DNA of 64,000 bases. Origin: an uncultured virus (IMG/VR IMGVR_UViG_3300050343_000275). Lineage: Duplodnaviria; Heunggongvirae; Uroviricota; Caudoviricetes. Position numbers and translations under genes: made by a program. Below, one piece after another: positions 29,557 to 39,495 of the stretch. The first letter of the stretch is position 1, and every line of letters begins with the position of its first letter. The notes below the pieces were generated by a model. That model was not told the DNA's origin and did no database searches. It was given only the letters and a program-made list of their open reading frames with translations. The stretch is from the IMG/VR virus record IMGVR_UViG_3300050343_000275; one strand, written 5' to 3'.

Positions 29557-30129
29557 GTGACAACTGAGCCTCTCAATCCCTCGGTAACTCCTTTATTCCA
29601 AGGGAGATTCGCAGAAAATACTTCAGGAATAATCGCAGCGATTACAACCTGCATACAAGCCTCTGGAGGAGTAGTGAAATCTTATCCGTCAAATACTGCT
29701 GGGATAATCCAAGCCCTAATCGATCTGCAGTTAGCCATTAGTGGTGGCGGCACTGGAGCCCAATCAATTGCGACGTTGCTTCCGTCGTTGGCTGGTGAAG
29801 TGTTTTCAGCGGGTGATGCCCTTTATGTCAAGGCTTCCGATGGCAAGGCCTATAAAGCAAGCACTCTCTTTTCAAGGGAGCAGGCCAATATTCTTGGTGT
29901 AGCTAAAAATGGCGCTGTCAGTGTTAATGACCCTGTAACCATTGTGGCTCGTGGGCCTTTTAGTGATTACACCGGACTGGTCCCAGGTACAGAATATTTT
30001 CTTGATGTTGACGGTGGCAAGACAGTTACACCGCCTGGCGGTGGTGGCCTTTATTCAGTATTTATAGGCACCGCTATTTCGTCAACAACAATGGATATTC
30101 ATCCATTACCTCCAACACTTACGACATAA
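29557..30129 (+). CDS. Fibre or capsid-cement-like structural protein
   Basis: AGDALYV...GKAYKA...GLVPGTEYFL; TAGAAT at 29527-29532. Confidence 0.65.
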   Translation: MTTEPLNPSVTPLFQGRFAENTSGIIAAITTCIQASGGVVKSYPSNTAGIIQALIDLQLAISGGGTGAQSIATLLPSLAGEVFSAGDALYVKASDGKAYKASTLFSREQANILGVAKNGAVSVNDPVTIVARGPFSDYTGLVPGTEYFLDVDGGKTVTPPGGGGLYSVFIGTAISSTTMDIHPLPPTLTT

Positions 30130-30626
30130 TGAATCGTTATCCGCTTGTCTTAGTTAACGGCTTTCCGCAGGAACTGTCTGCGACTGACCGTGTCAACGGT
30201 GGAGGTAATGTACCCAGCCAAGCCTCAGAGCCTGGCTACGGTGTTACTGGAGATTTGTGGTTTGACACTGCAAATAATCTGTTAAAGATATTTGATGGAT
30301 CTAGCTGGACCTCTGTCGGCGGTGGCGGGGGTAGCGGTGCGGTCATTGTTTCGCCAACTGCTCCTACTACGCCTTCGAACGGCAGCCTTTGGTATGACAC
30401 GACTGAGGGATTTTTAAAAGTTTACTTAGCGTCCACTGTTTCGTGGGTTCCTTGTCAGCTTGCTTTTTTCGTTCAAGACGCTGCTCCTACGTCGGGAATG
30501 ATGCAGGGTGACATATGGTATTCGCCTTTGCTTGGGACCTTTAGCATGTACATAGCAGGTTCAACTAACAGTTGGACCGTGATGGGTTCACAGCTTTCTG
30601 TGACGGATATCCTTGCATTTGGCTGA
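30129..30626 (+). CDS. Tail fibre-associated protein
   Basis: Three G(D/S)(L/I)W(F/Y)...W repeats. Confidence 0.7.
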   Translation: MNRYPLVLVNGFPQELSATDRVNGGGNVPSQASEPGYGVTGDLWFDTANNLLKIFDGSSWTSVGGGGGSGAVIVSPTAPTTPSNGSLWYDTTEGFLKVYLASTVSWVPCQLAFFVQDAAPTSGMMQGDIWYSPLLGTFSMYIAGSTNSWTVMGSQLSVTDILAFG

Positions 30627-30973
30627 TGGCAACCTTTAAACGATTTCAAGCAACAGTCGGCAGCCCATCTTCCGCACCATCTCCTACGACGGTGTACACG
30701 GTTCCGACTAGTAAGACATCAGTGGTGACAGGATTAACTGTTTCTAACGTTTCTGATTTCGAGTTGCCTATCAGCATTCTCGTCACAGTCGGAAGTGATG
30801 ATTACTACCTAGCGAAAAACCTGCGGATCGGTCCTGGCCAGCAAAAACGTCTTGCTGAGATGGAGAAGCTTGTGCTTGGAGCAGACGATATTTTTAAGTC
30901 TGATGCACCAACAGTCGATGGTGGATCGGTTGGCACATTCGTTGTTTGGCTCTCTGTTTACGAAGACGTCTAA
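30626..30973 (+). CDS. Structural protein
   Basis: TGATG start; TVYTVP...LTVSN...KLVL. Confidence 0.7.
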   Translation: MATFKRFQATVGSPSSAPSPTTVYTVPTSKTSVVTGLTVSNVSDFELPISILVTVGSDDYYLAKNLRIGPGQQKRLAEMEKLVLGADDIFKSDAPTVDGGSVGTFVVWLSVYEDV

Positions 30974-31239
30974 TGTCTATTCAATTAATTAAAGAGGTCG
31001 AAAGCCCTCATGTACATGAGTTCACCCCACCATCTGGCAAGAACTCATACAGCTTCAATTTGAATGTTGCTACAGGCAATCTTCAGATTGTTAGAAACCC
31101 AGGAGGCTCAGAGTTTAAGCAGCCTGACCTTTCTATAATCAATATTGAGGACTACAAGGAAACTGTGTGGTCTGACAAACTTTTGAACTTTAGCTGGTCA
31201 ACAGCAAACCTCGGACACCTGAACTGTGAGATCGTATGA
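30973..31239 (+). CDS. Hypothetical structural protein
   Basis: TAATG-coupled ORF. Confidence 0.6.
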   Translation: MSIQLIKEVESPHVHEFTPPSGKNSYSFNLNVATGNLQIVRNPGGSEFKQPDLSIINIEDYKETVWSDKLLNFSWSTANLGHLNCEIV

Positions 31240-31964
31240 GCACAATTATTGATCTCGGCAAGCTTCGTTTTCAGTTTCGAGGTGATTATGCTGCACCAAC
31301 TCAGTATGAATACAACGATGTAGTGAAGTATGGCGGCGACGTCTACTGCTATATCAATGTCACGGCAACAGTAGGAAACGCTCCTGGTAATACAACCTAT
31401 TGGAGCACAATGGTTAGCGGTCTCGCCGCTAGCGGAGCATGGGACTCTTCTACTGCCTATCAAATCAACAATGTTGTAATCCACGGTGGCAGTACTTACC
31501 GGGCAACTGCGGCCAGTACTAATCAGGCTCCACCCAATGGCTCCTACTGGGAGCTAGTTGCTGGTGGGTATAACTTCCGAGGCACTTGGGCCACTGCCAC
31601 TGCCTACGAAGCCAGTGATTCAGTTGTTTACTTAGGTCAGAGCTACAGAGCCCTGACTAACCACACGTCAGCTGGAACCTTCCTGGCTGACTTGTCAGCT
31701 AGTAACTGGGAGCGTTATGCACAGGGCACTGAAAATCGCACTGTTTATACAACCAGCACTGATTACTTCAAGGGTGATCTAGTTCAAACCGGTACTGCGC
31801 CAAACCTTGATCATTTCATCTGTCTGACTGATCACACGTCTGATGGCACCTCCGATCCAGGAAGTGCTCCTGAGGCGTCAAATTGGACTCGTTTAATTGC
31901 GGGTCAGTACACAAGTAGCGTTCAAGACAAGCAGTATTCGTTCTTTATGGGCCTTTCGGGTTGA
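31236..31964 (+). CDS. Tail fibre protein with CBM5/12-like repeats
   Basis: Four (W/Y)xxxTxY..(D/N).V...G..Y repeats; N-terminal IDLGKLRF. Confidence 0.75.
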   Translation: MSTIIDLGKLRFQFRGDYAAPTQYEYNDVVKYGGDVYCYINVTATVGNAPGNTTYWSTMVSGLAASGAWDSSTAYQINNVVIHGGSTYRATAASTNQAPPNGSYWELVAGGYNFRGTWATATAYEASDSVVYLGQSYRALTNHTSAGTFLADLSASNWERYAQGTENRTVYTTSTDYFKGDLVQTGTAPNLDHFICLTDHTSDGTSDPGSAPEASNWTRLIAGQYTSSVQDKQYSFFMGLSG

Positions 31965-32122
31965 TGTTCAAAAGAGCAGCTGCGCAAAAGGCTAAGCAGC
32001 AGAAAGCCATGACTGCTCGCAAGAAAAGGGTGAACCCTGTTAACAGACAATCATCCTCCGAGCGTATCGACTCCAGGAAGCAATTACGCTTACACGTGCA
32101 AACCGAGAACGAGCAGAGTTAA
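31964..32122 (+). CDS. Small basic protein (52 aa, not in ORF track)
   Basis: TGATG overlap; MFKRAAAQKAKQQK... Confidence 0.45.
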   Translation: MFKRAAAQKAKQQKAMTARKKRVNPVNRQSSSERIDSRKQLRLHVQTENEQS

Positions 32123-32180
32123 TAAACTTTATACTTAAGGGAAGAGGCAGTCAATCTGTCCGACTGATCGCTTATTTTAC

Positions 32181-32516
32181 ATGGCTTCAGGTATTAAGGG
32201 GACCTCGAAACCCGGCGGCGGCGCTCCCACCTATGCGTCAACAGCTTTAGTTACGGCTACTGCTACTACAACTTTAATTCTCTCGGTTTGCAATCAATCA
32301 GCAGCTGCAGATACGGTTCGGATCGCAGTTGTACCTGCTTCTGAATCTGCAAGCAGTGGCGCAATTGCGACCCAGTATTACATCGAGTTTGATTTCTCTT
32401 TGAACGCAAATTCCGCGATGGAGCGAACAGGCGTAACGCTTGAATCAGGCGCTCGTCTCATCGTTGGCTCTGGCGCTGGAAGTCTTTCATTCGTTGCATA
32501 CGGTTTGGAGTCCTGA
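32181..32516 (+). CDS. Structural protein of fibre module
   Basis: SVCNQ...VRIA...YIEFD...ERTGVTL...SFVAYG. Confidence 0.7.
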   Translation: MASGIKGTSKPGGGAPTYASTALVTATATTTLILSVCNQSAAADTVRIAVVPASESASSGAIATQYYIEFDFSLNANSAMERTGVTLESGARLIVGSGAGSLSFVAYGLES

Positions 32517-32519
32517 TAA

Positions 32520-32951
32520 ATGGCTAAGTACGCACGACTCAATGCTGCTGGTCTCGTCATGGAGACCTGTGATTCAGACCCCAGCAAACTCTTTGTCAAG
32601 ACACTGGCTGACCAGTTCACCGAGGCTCCCGACGATGCGGTGGCTGGCGACACCATCACTGATGGCAAAGCTGTCAAGCCTGTGGTTGAAAAACTGCCGG
32701 AACCCGAGCCTCCTAAGCAACCTCGGATTGCGCCAAAAGCAAACGTTTTGGATGCAATGACACGCTCTCAGCGTGTTGCAATCAAGAAACTGCGAGCTAC
32801 CGACGATGAGGTCGATGACTTCATGGCTCAGCTCGAAAACAAGCAAGTACTAGATCTCGACAATGCAGAGGACATTGCTCTGCTCGACCGACTTGTCACC
32901 GACAAAGTGCTGACCTCTGAAGTGGTCACGGCCATCAAAGCTCTTCGCTAA
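32520..32951 (+). CDS. Tail fibre assembly or adaptor-like protein
   Basis: MAKYARL N-terminus; directly precedes the Gly-rich genes. Confidence 0.55.
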   Translation: MAKYARLNAAGLVMETCDSDPSKLFVKTLADQFTEAPDDAVAGDTITDGKAVKPVVEKLPEPEPPKQPRIAPKANVLDAMTRSQRVAIKKLRATDDEVDDFMAQLENKQVLDLDNAEDIALLDRLVTDKVLTSEVVTAIKALR

Positions 32952-32957
32952 ATACAA

Positions 32958-34103
32958 GTGGGACGCAGGTTTCCTGGATCAACTGGCGGTGGAGGCGGCG
33001 GTGGCGGCGACTCCATCGGCGAGTTCAACGTCGTCAAAATGTTTGATACGTCGGGTTCGTTCACATGGACGAAACCGGCAAGGCTTGGCAGCACCAGAAT
33101 TCTTGTACACGTCTGGGGAGCAGGCGGCGCAGGTGGCAATGGAAATCCTCATAACCAAGCCTGGGGTGGCGGTGGTGGTGGATATGCCATCAAATACATC
33201 GACAACTCTTCTTTAAGCAGCACTGAGACAATCACGATTGGGGCCGGTGCTACGGCGACTAATGGGCAAGGAGCCTCGACAAGTTTTGGTAGCCATTGCT
33301 CTGCTTCTGGCGGCAATTCCGGTTACAACAACACTGCCAATGAAGGCTCATCCGCTGATTACGGAGTTGGCGGCCTTGGCTTAAACGGTGATATCAATAG
33401 ACGTGGTGGACGGGGCGGCAGCTTCTACTGGAGTTCCACTACTGATGCTGGCGGTGGCGGCGGTGGTTCAGCCCCTGCGCCGTATGGCCATGTAGATGGT
33501 TATTACGGCGGTGATGCTTATTCAACCAACAGCGCTGGCGGCGGTGGCGGTATTGGAGGCGAGGGCGGTGGCTGGTTTCACTACCCCGGTTCCGGCGGTG
33601 GTGGCAGTGCAGGTCCAGGCACAGGCTCTGAGTGCAGCTATGACTCGCCGGGTAAGGGCGGAGCCGGTTTGCTCGGGCCAGGCGGGGCTCCCACTGGTGG
33701 ATATGGTGCATTCACTTCCTACCAAGGAGGTATAACTGTGCCGGGGCAAAACGGCCAAGGCGGTCTAATCCTCGAGCCAAATAGTTTGATTTTTGGCGGC
33801 GGCGGCGGTGCTGGTGGGTCTAATTGGCTTTACAGCAGTGGTAGCAATACACGCAATGCTGGTAGTGGCGGCCCTGGTGGTGGTGGTGGTGGAATCGGGG
33901 GAGTAAACGGCCCTACGATTGACTACTCCCAAGCAGGTCACGGAGGATTGCTAGGCGGTGGTGGAGGAGGCTCCTCGTATGCGATTGCTGGCGACGGTGG
34001 TAACGCTGGTGGCGGTGGTGGTTGTGGCTGGGGCCGCAATACCACAGATCATGGTAATGGCGGTGCCGGGTTAGTAATTATTCAGTACAGGGTGAACTTC
34101 TAA
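32958..34103 (+). CDS. Glycine-rich adhesin, type A copy 1
   Basis: MGRRFPGS-polyG, SGSFTWTKP, VHVWGAGG, SFGSHCSA, GxGxVIIQY. Confidence 0.8.
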   Translation: MGRRFPGSTGGGGGGGGDSIGEFNVVKMFDTSGSFTWTKPARLGSTRILVHVWGAGGAGGNGNPHNQAWGGGGGGYAIKYIDNSSLSSTETITIGAGATATNGQGASTSFGSHCSASGGNSGYNNTANEGSSADYGVGGLGLNGDINRRGGRGGSFYWSSTTDAGGGGGGSAPAPYGHVDGYYGGDAYSTNSAGGGGGIGGEGGGWFHYPGSGGGGSAGPGTGSECSYDSPGKGGAGLLGPGGAPTGGYGAFTSYQGGITVPGQNGQGGLILEPNSLIFGGGGGAGGSNWLYSSGSNTRNAGSGGPGGGGGGIGGVNGPTIDYSQAGHGGLLGGGGGGSSYAIAGDGGNAGGGGGCGWGRNTTDHGNGGAGLVIIQYRVNF

Positions 34104-34106
34104 GAA

Positions 34107-35249
34107 ATGACAAACTTCAAAGCCTATTTCTATAACGAGTTTGACTTTTATCGGGAGTCAGGTTCATTTACATGGACAAAACCTTCGGACATCGATGAGA
34201 CCAAGCCGATTCTTGTACATGTGTGGGGAGCCGGTGGCCGAGGGAGTGACACACACGATCAAACTGAGGATATCTGCAATGGCGGTGGCGGTGGCGGCCT
34301 GGCAGTCAAGCTTATCGACGTGTCTGCTTTGAATGCTACTGAGGCAGTCACGATAGGAGCGGGCAGTGGCGTGCCTACCGGGCAAGGTGGAACCTCGAGT
34401 TTTGGTAGTCACTGTTCAGCTACTGGCGCAAATGGTGGCCTTTGCGTGACAACAAATGCAGGCTCAAATGGTGGAGCCGATGGAGCAGCAAATTACGGAA
34501 TAGGTGGAATGGGTTCTGGCGGCGATGCTAATCGTCGCGGTGGAGTAGGCGGAACTGGTTATTTCTCTACCGTTGATAATTGTGGCGGTGGTGGTGGTGG
34601 TAGCGCACCTGCCCCTTATGGATATCGGGACGGTTTCAAGGGCGGCAACGGCCAGACTCAAGCAGGCGGCGGAGGCGGTTCCATCGGTTCGGAGGGTGGA
34701 TATGGTGATTACCGAGGAGGTTCAGGGGGAGGCACTATGTCAAAAATGAAGAGATCAATGTCCCCAGCTAGTTATTACACGGCTGCCCCTGGTGGGAATG
34801 GGTTATTAGGAACGGGTGGTAATCCTTCCGGGTCAGGTAATGCCTACCTCACTTACGGTGGTGACAATAACAAAAATCCGGCTCCACCTACGGGTGATTT
34901 AATTTTGACGCCTAACGAAATCGCCTGCTATGGCGGTGGTGGCAACGGACATATTTATTGGTACAGCAGCTCAGAAAGAACCGTCAATTCATGTACAGAT
35001 GGAGCCCCAGGTGCAGGTGGGGGTGGGCTAGGAAAATACACAACCACTGGCGCATATTGGGGCGCTGGTGCCGGTGGCTTCTTGGGCGGTGGTGGTGGTG
35101 GTGTTAATTATTCAACACCCGGATCTGGCGGCAATGCTGGCGGAAGTGGCGGCAATGGCTATTACACTCAGCAAACAACTAGACCAGAAGCTGACAGACA
35201 TAGAGGAGGGAATGGTGTAGTGCTTATTCAATACGCTCGACTCGTCTAA
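34107..35249 (+). CDS. Glycine-rich adhesin, type B copy 1
   Basis: MTNFK...TWTKPSDIDETKPILVHVWGAGG. Confidence 0.8.
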   Translation: MTNFKAYFYNEFDFYRESGSFTWTKPSDIDETKPILVHVWGAGGRGSDTHDQTEDICNGGGGGGLAVKLIDVSALNATEAVTIGAGSGVPTGQGGTSSFGSHCSATGANGGLCVTTNAGSNGGADGAANYGIGGMGSGGDANRRGGVGGTGYFSTVDNCGGGGGGSAPAPYGYRDGFKGGNGQTQAGGGGGSIGSEGGYGDYRGGSGGGTMSKMKRSMSPASYYTAAPGGNGLLGTGGNPSGSGNAYLTYGGDNNKNPAPPTGDLILTPNEIACYGGGGNGHIYWYSSSERTVNSCTDGAPGAGGGGLGKYTTTGAYWGAGAGGFLGGGGGGVNYSTPGSGGNAGGSGGNGYYTQQTTRPEADRHRGGNGVVLIQYARLV

Positions 35250-35334
35250 TTATTAGCCAGGTGGCAAATGTAGCTAACCTGTAACTAAGCATATGGCTTT
35301 AGCCAGATCTGTCGTTTAGGGCTAATGGTTTTCT

Positions 35335-36477
35335 ATGGGTAGAAGGTTTCCTGGTTCTTCCGGCGGCGGCGGCGGCGGTGGCGGTGGTATCCCCGGTGAG
35401 TTTAACCAGTACGAAGTTTTTCACTGGGCGGACACAATCACCTGGACTAAGCCTGCTGGAATCACAGGCTCTCGAATCCTGGTGCATGTTTGGGGCGCAG
35501 GCGGCGCTGGCACCTGGGCGAATTCGAGCGTAGGTGGTGCTGGCTGTGGCGGCGGTGGTGGAGGTCTTGCGATGAAATACGTCACTGTCTCCTCTTTAGG
35601 CGCCACTGAAACGCTGACCATTGGCGCTGGCAGTTCCGCCAACACTGGAATCGGGGGGACGTCGAGTTTTGGTAGCCATTGCTCTGCTACTGGCGGTAAT
35701 AGCGCCGACAACAACACCGCTAATCAGGGCAGCGCGACTACTTATGGAGTTGGTGGGCTTGGCCTAAACGGTGACAAGAACCAGCGTGGTGGGAGAGGCG
35801 GAACTGGCTACTACTCAACCTTGGCGCAAAGTGCTGGTGCCGGTGGTGGCTCTGCTCCTGCTCCTTACGGTGAGACGCCTGGATACCGGGGCGGAAACTG
35901 CCTTGCAAGCACAATGGCAGCTACTGGTGGCGGCGGAATTGGCGGTGAAGGAGGAGATGGCTACTACTACGGAACTGGCGGTGGCGGCAGCGCTGGCATG
36001 GGCAGACTTAGCAATATCAGCTACTACGCAGGTGGTGCAGGTGGTGCAGGAATAGACGGAGCTGGCGGTCAAGGTGCCAACCTTTATTTGAGCTACTACA
36101 GCTATGGCGGTGGCATCTCTGATGGTGCGAAACCTGGAGAAGGAACTGGAAGGATCACACCGAACGAGATCTTCTTCGGCGGCGGCGGTGGCGGCGGCGG
36201 CGGTGGCTACACCCAGTCCTCAGGTATGGCCACTTCGCCTGGAGGTAATGGCGGCCCTGGTGGTGGCGGTGGTGGTTGCGGTGAATCTGCTTCCGTTGCC
36301 TGGTATCTCAACGCCGGTCAAGGCGGAATCCTAGGCGGAGGTGGTGGCGGCACTCAATACAACACTGGCGGCGATGGCGGTAATGGTGGTGGTGGTGGAA
36401 GCGTTGGATATGGAGACTCTAATTACATCGGCCATGGTGGTGATGGTTTGATCATTGTTCAATACAAGGTTCTTTAA
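35335..36477 (+). CDS. Glycine-rich adhesin, type A copy 2
   Basis: MGRRFPGS-polyG N-terminus as in 32958. Confidence 0.8.
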   Translation: MGRRFPGSSGGGGGGGGGIPGEFNQYEVFHWADTITWTKPAGITGSRILVHVWGAGGAGTWANSSVGGAGCGGGGGGLAMKYVTVSSLGATETLTIGAGSSANTGIGGTSSFGSHCSATGGNSADNNTANQGSATTYGVGGLGLNGDKNQRGGRGGTGYYSTLAQSAGAGGGSAPAPYGETPGYRGGNCLASTMAATGGGGIGGEGGDGYYYGTGGGGSAGMGRLSNISYYAGGAGGAGIDGAGGQGANLYLSYYSYGGGISDGAKPGEGTGRITPNEIFFGGGGGGGGGGYTQSSGMATSPGGNGGPGGGGGGCGESASVAWYLNAGQGGILGGGGGGTQYNTGGDGGNGGGGGSVGYGDSNYIGHGGDGLIIVQYKVL

Positions 36478-36482
36478 TTGAT

Positions 36483-37637
36483 ATGGCAAATTTCAAACAA
36501 TATCTGTTCAATGAATATGACATGTATACGACCTCAGGTTCTTATACATGGACAAAACCTTCGGACATCGATGAAACTAAACCGATCCTTGTACATGTAT
36601 GGGGAGCCGGTGGCGGCGGGAGCGATAGTCATAACCTGGGGTATAGACCTGACGGAGGCGGAGGCGGAGGTTTGGCAGTCAAGCTTATCGATCCAAGTGC
36701 ACTCGGTGCTACTGAATCGATAACGATTGGCGCGGGATCTAGAATCCATAACGGCGTCGGAGGCTCATCAAGTTTTGGCAGCCATTGCTCTGCTTCTGGC
36801 GGTAATTCCGGGTATAACAGTTCTCCTAACGAAGGGAGTGGAACTATTAATGGCGTTGGCGGTCTCGGCTTAAACGGTGATGTCAACCGGCGCGGAGGCA
36901 CGGGTGGCCAAGGCTACTACCAATCAACTACTAACTGCGGGTCTGGCGGTGGTGGCTCTGCCCCCGCTCCATACGGGTACAGGGATGGTTTTGCAGGGGG
37001 GACAGCCGAGTCTTTTGGAGCCGGTGGCGGCGGCGGCATTGGGTCTGAGGGCACCAAAGGTAGCTACACCGGAGGTTCTGGCGGGGGCTCTATGAACGCT
37101 CAGAAAAAAAGTATGAGCCCTAGTTCGTATTACACAGTGGAAAACGGAGGCAACGGCTTACTTGGTCCTGGGTCAACAGGTGGTACGCAATATTATTCAT
37201 TTGTGTCATATGGAGGCACCTTAAGCAAGCAAAGAACTAACGGATCAGGCCCACTAAATATTGGCCCCAATGAAATTCTTGTAGCCGGTGGTGGTGGTGC
37301 AGGATCGATGTTCAATGTTCAAAGCACTGGCGGATGTTGCATGCCCGCCGCTCACGGCGGCCCAGGTGCTGGCGGTGGTGGTGTTGGCAATAACGCTGAT
37401 CAGTATGAGTACCTTGATGGAGGCTGCGGAGGATTCCTTGGTGGCGGTGGCGGTTCTGGTGGATATTGCATGAGTCCTGGCGATGGTGGCAATGCTGGTG
37501 GTGGTGGTGGATGCAATTATTACAGCTATCGGACCAGCTACCCACCTGATGGCAGCGCCGCTTACTACAACATTGGCGGCTATGGCGGCGACGGGGTTGT
37601 GATTGTTCAGTACGCAAGAACTTACCTTACAGAATAA
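36483..37637 (+). CDS. Glycine-rich adhesin, type B copy 2
   Basis: MANFK...TWTKPSDIDETKPILVHVWGAGG as in 34107. Confidence 0.8.
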   Translation: MANFKQYLFNEYDMYTTSGSYTWTKPSDIDETKPILVHVWGAGGGGSDSHNLGYRPDGGGGGGLAVKLIDPSALGATESITIGAGSRIHNGVGGSSSFGSHCSASGGNSGYNSSPNEGSGTINGVGGLGLNGDVNRRGGTGGQGYYQSTTNCGSGGGGSAPAPYGYRDGFAGGTAESFGAGGGGGIGSEGTKGSYTGGSGGGSMNAQKKSMSPSSYYTVENGGNGLLGPGSTGGTQYYSFVSYGGTLSKQRTNGSGPLNIGPNEILVAGGGGAGSMFNVQSTGGCCMPAAHGGPGAGGGGVGNNADQYEYLDGGCGGFLGGGGGSGGYCMSPGDGGNAGGGGGCNYYSYRTSYPPDGSAAYYNIGGYGGDGVVIVQYARTYLTE

Positions 37638-37638
37638 T

Positions 37639-37908
37639 ATGAAGTTTATGGATCTGTTGTTTAAACTTTTAGTCGCCTCTAATCTGGTGGCGCTTAACTT
37701 TGTCTTTTTTGGAGCCTATAAAACTATTCAGTCAAAGTTAAACTTATTTAAGTCTGACGTCTCACTTCTGGTCGAGGAAAGACTTATAGAGGAGTATAAA
37801 TATTTGACCAAAGACATGGAAAGCATGAAGAGCAGTATCTTGGATTCTCAGAAGAAAATGATGCCTACTGGCGGTACAGCAAAGACTGGGTTGCCGATCT
37901 TTAAATAG
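37639..37908 (+). CDS. Small membrane-anchored protein
   Basis: ATG 37639; N-terminal TM segment then coiled coil. Confidence 0.6.
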   Translation: MKFMDLLFKLLVASNLVALNFVFFGAYKTIQSKLNLFKSDVSLLVEERLIEEYKYLTKDMESMKSSILDSQKKMMPTGGTAKTGLPIFK

Positions 37909-38666
37909 TGCCGATAGAAGATATTGGAATTAATTCCAGCATCGTTAACGATATACAGATAAGAGATATTCCGATCAATTTGCCAAGCCCTGCGCCTTCT
38001 CTACCTGAGGGTGTAAGCATGCAATTGCCTGTCATTGATATGCCTGGCTGTGTTGAAGCTCATATTGATTCCGAGCTGTCACCAGCCCTTACTGAAAACG
38101 ACCCGTCAAGAGTGGCAATCTTCTGCGATGCGGGTATGCCAACCTTTAATTCCATGGACTATACCCAAGAGGTAAGTGTTGCAAATCCAGTAACAAGTGT
38201 GCCCAAGGTAGGAGGTGAACCTGAACCTGACAAGAAGCCTGCCCCTGATGTATCAGCGCCATCACTGCCTCGCATCCCGGATCAGTCTGTTGCAACTGCA
38301 CAGACAGAAAAAGTTAAATCATCTAAGCCATTATGTGAAAAGAAGCAAATACTTGTTAGAGGCAAATGTATAACAATAGTTGAGCCTGAGAATCCATTAG
38401 GCGAGGCTGCTGTCAAGTATCTACCTCCTCTAGAGGCTGCGACAACAACAGCAACAATTGCAACTATTGCCACAGTATCGGCATTACTAGCTAAACCAAT
38501 AGCTAATTTTTTATTAAAACTAATTAAACCGATGATCAAGAAGATCATCACCAAAATTAAAAAAGCACTTGGAAAGAAGGTTGTTCCTCGTTCTCAACGT
38601 GAGCGGATTATGGCTCAGCGCTCAAGGAATCAACTGATTCGTCAAGCCCGAGATTTGATGGGGTGA
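37908..38666 (+). CDS. Cyanophage-type membrane protein (IDMPGCV motif)
   Basis: Cys-containing N-domain, Pro linker, TM segment, basic tail. Confidence 0.7.
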   Translation: MPIEDIGINSSIVNDIQIRDIPINLPSPAPSLPEGVSMQLPVIDMPGCVEAHIDSELSPALTENDPSRVAIFCDAGMPTFNSMDYTQEVSVANPVTSVPKVGGEPEPDKKPAPDVSAPSLPRIPDQSVATAQTEKVKSSKPLCEKKQILVRGKCITIVEPENPLGEAAVKYLPPLEAATTTATIATIATVSALLAKPIANFLLKLIKPMIKKIITKIKKALGKKVVPRSQRERIMAQRSRNQLIRQARDLMG

Positions 38667-39495
38667 TGGTCACCTCGTGGCGATGAGGTGCAATGCTGAC
38701 TCGCTTTGGCGCGGCAATCACGTCAGAGCACACTTGGTAATACGGTGAATTAGATGCAAAGCGAATGCCGCTCTGGCTCAATTCGCCGCAATGCCGTAGT
38801 CGTGCCAAGGTGAAATCCAGCTGCTTGTTTCGCAGGATTTGTTCCTGGATTTTGTTCTGTGTACTCATGGCTGCTTTGCAACGTTCTTGAATCCCGCCAT
38901 CAAGAGGGAATGAGACCGTCGCCGAAAGCCCAAGGTTCAAGTTATTGGAATTTTTCTGCCCAGTTCTTACAGGCTTGTAGTAGGCAACGCTGCCCCAACC
39001 ATTGTCTGGAATACCATCAGGTATTGCATTCCCGTTCTCATCGAAGGCTCCGATCAGATCGATGGTATCAAATACAGGCTCTTGATATGTTGATTCAAAA
39101 GGGTCTTGATACGAGTGCGAGTGAGTGACAAAAGGGGTGATATTGAGTGTCGGCCCTTGGCACTGCACGCCAGCAGTGACAGCGGAATTGATGTACGGAC
39201 CTTGCAGCACCTGGATAGCCTGGTTCTGCACTGATGAGGATGACTGAGCGATTGGGTTGGCGGTAGCACTAACCCCGCCAACATTGTTTGCGAAGGCAGG
39301 GATTGGCGAGCAACTGATAGCAATCAGCGCTGAAAGATACTTACGGTATCGGTTACGCTTTGGGTCTCGATTGTGCGATCGATCAGTGTGACATTCGACA
39401 GTCCTGGAGCTGTGTAGTGCTCTACGAACTGAAAACTTCCACCAGGGCTGACGATTTTCCAATCCGGCTTTCCTGCCATATCTGCTTGTGTCCAT
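38608..39495 (-). CDS. Exported cyanophage-type protein (true start unresolved)
   Basis: Signal-like RKYLSALIA...PAFA then SATANPIA...NQAIQVLQGPY; several Cys. Confidence 0.7.
   Translation of the reverse strand: MDTSRYGRKAGLENRQPWWKFSVRRALHSSRTVECHTDRSHNRDPKRNRYRKYLSALIAISCSPIPAFANNVGGVSATANPIAQSSSSVQNQAIQVLQGPYINSAVTAGVQCQGPTLNITPFVTHSHSYQDPFESTYQEPVFDTIDLIGAFDENGNAIPDGIPDNGWGSVAYYKPVRTGQKNSNNLNLGLSATVSFPLDGGIQERCKAAMSTQNKIQEQILRNKQLDFTLARLRHCGELSQSGIRFASNSPYYQVCSDVIAAPKRVSIAPHRHEVTITPSNLGLDESVDSLSAEP

Noticed and set aside
32958..37637. Diversity-generating retroelement acting on the Gly-rich genes
   Set aside because: No reverse transcriptase in the window; differences between copies are not adenine-specific and no template repeat was seen
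32958..37637. GGY runs as a CRISPR array or microsatellite
   Set aside because: They are in-frame glycine codons with no repeat-spacer structure
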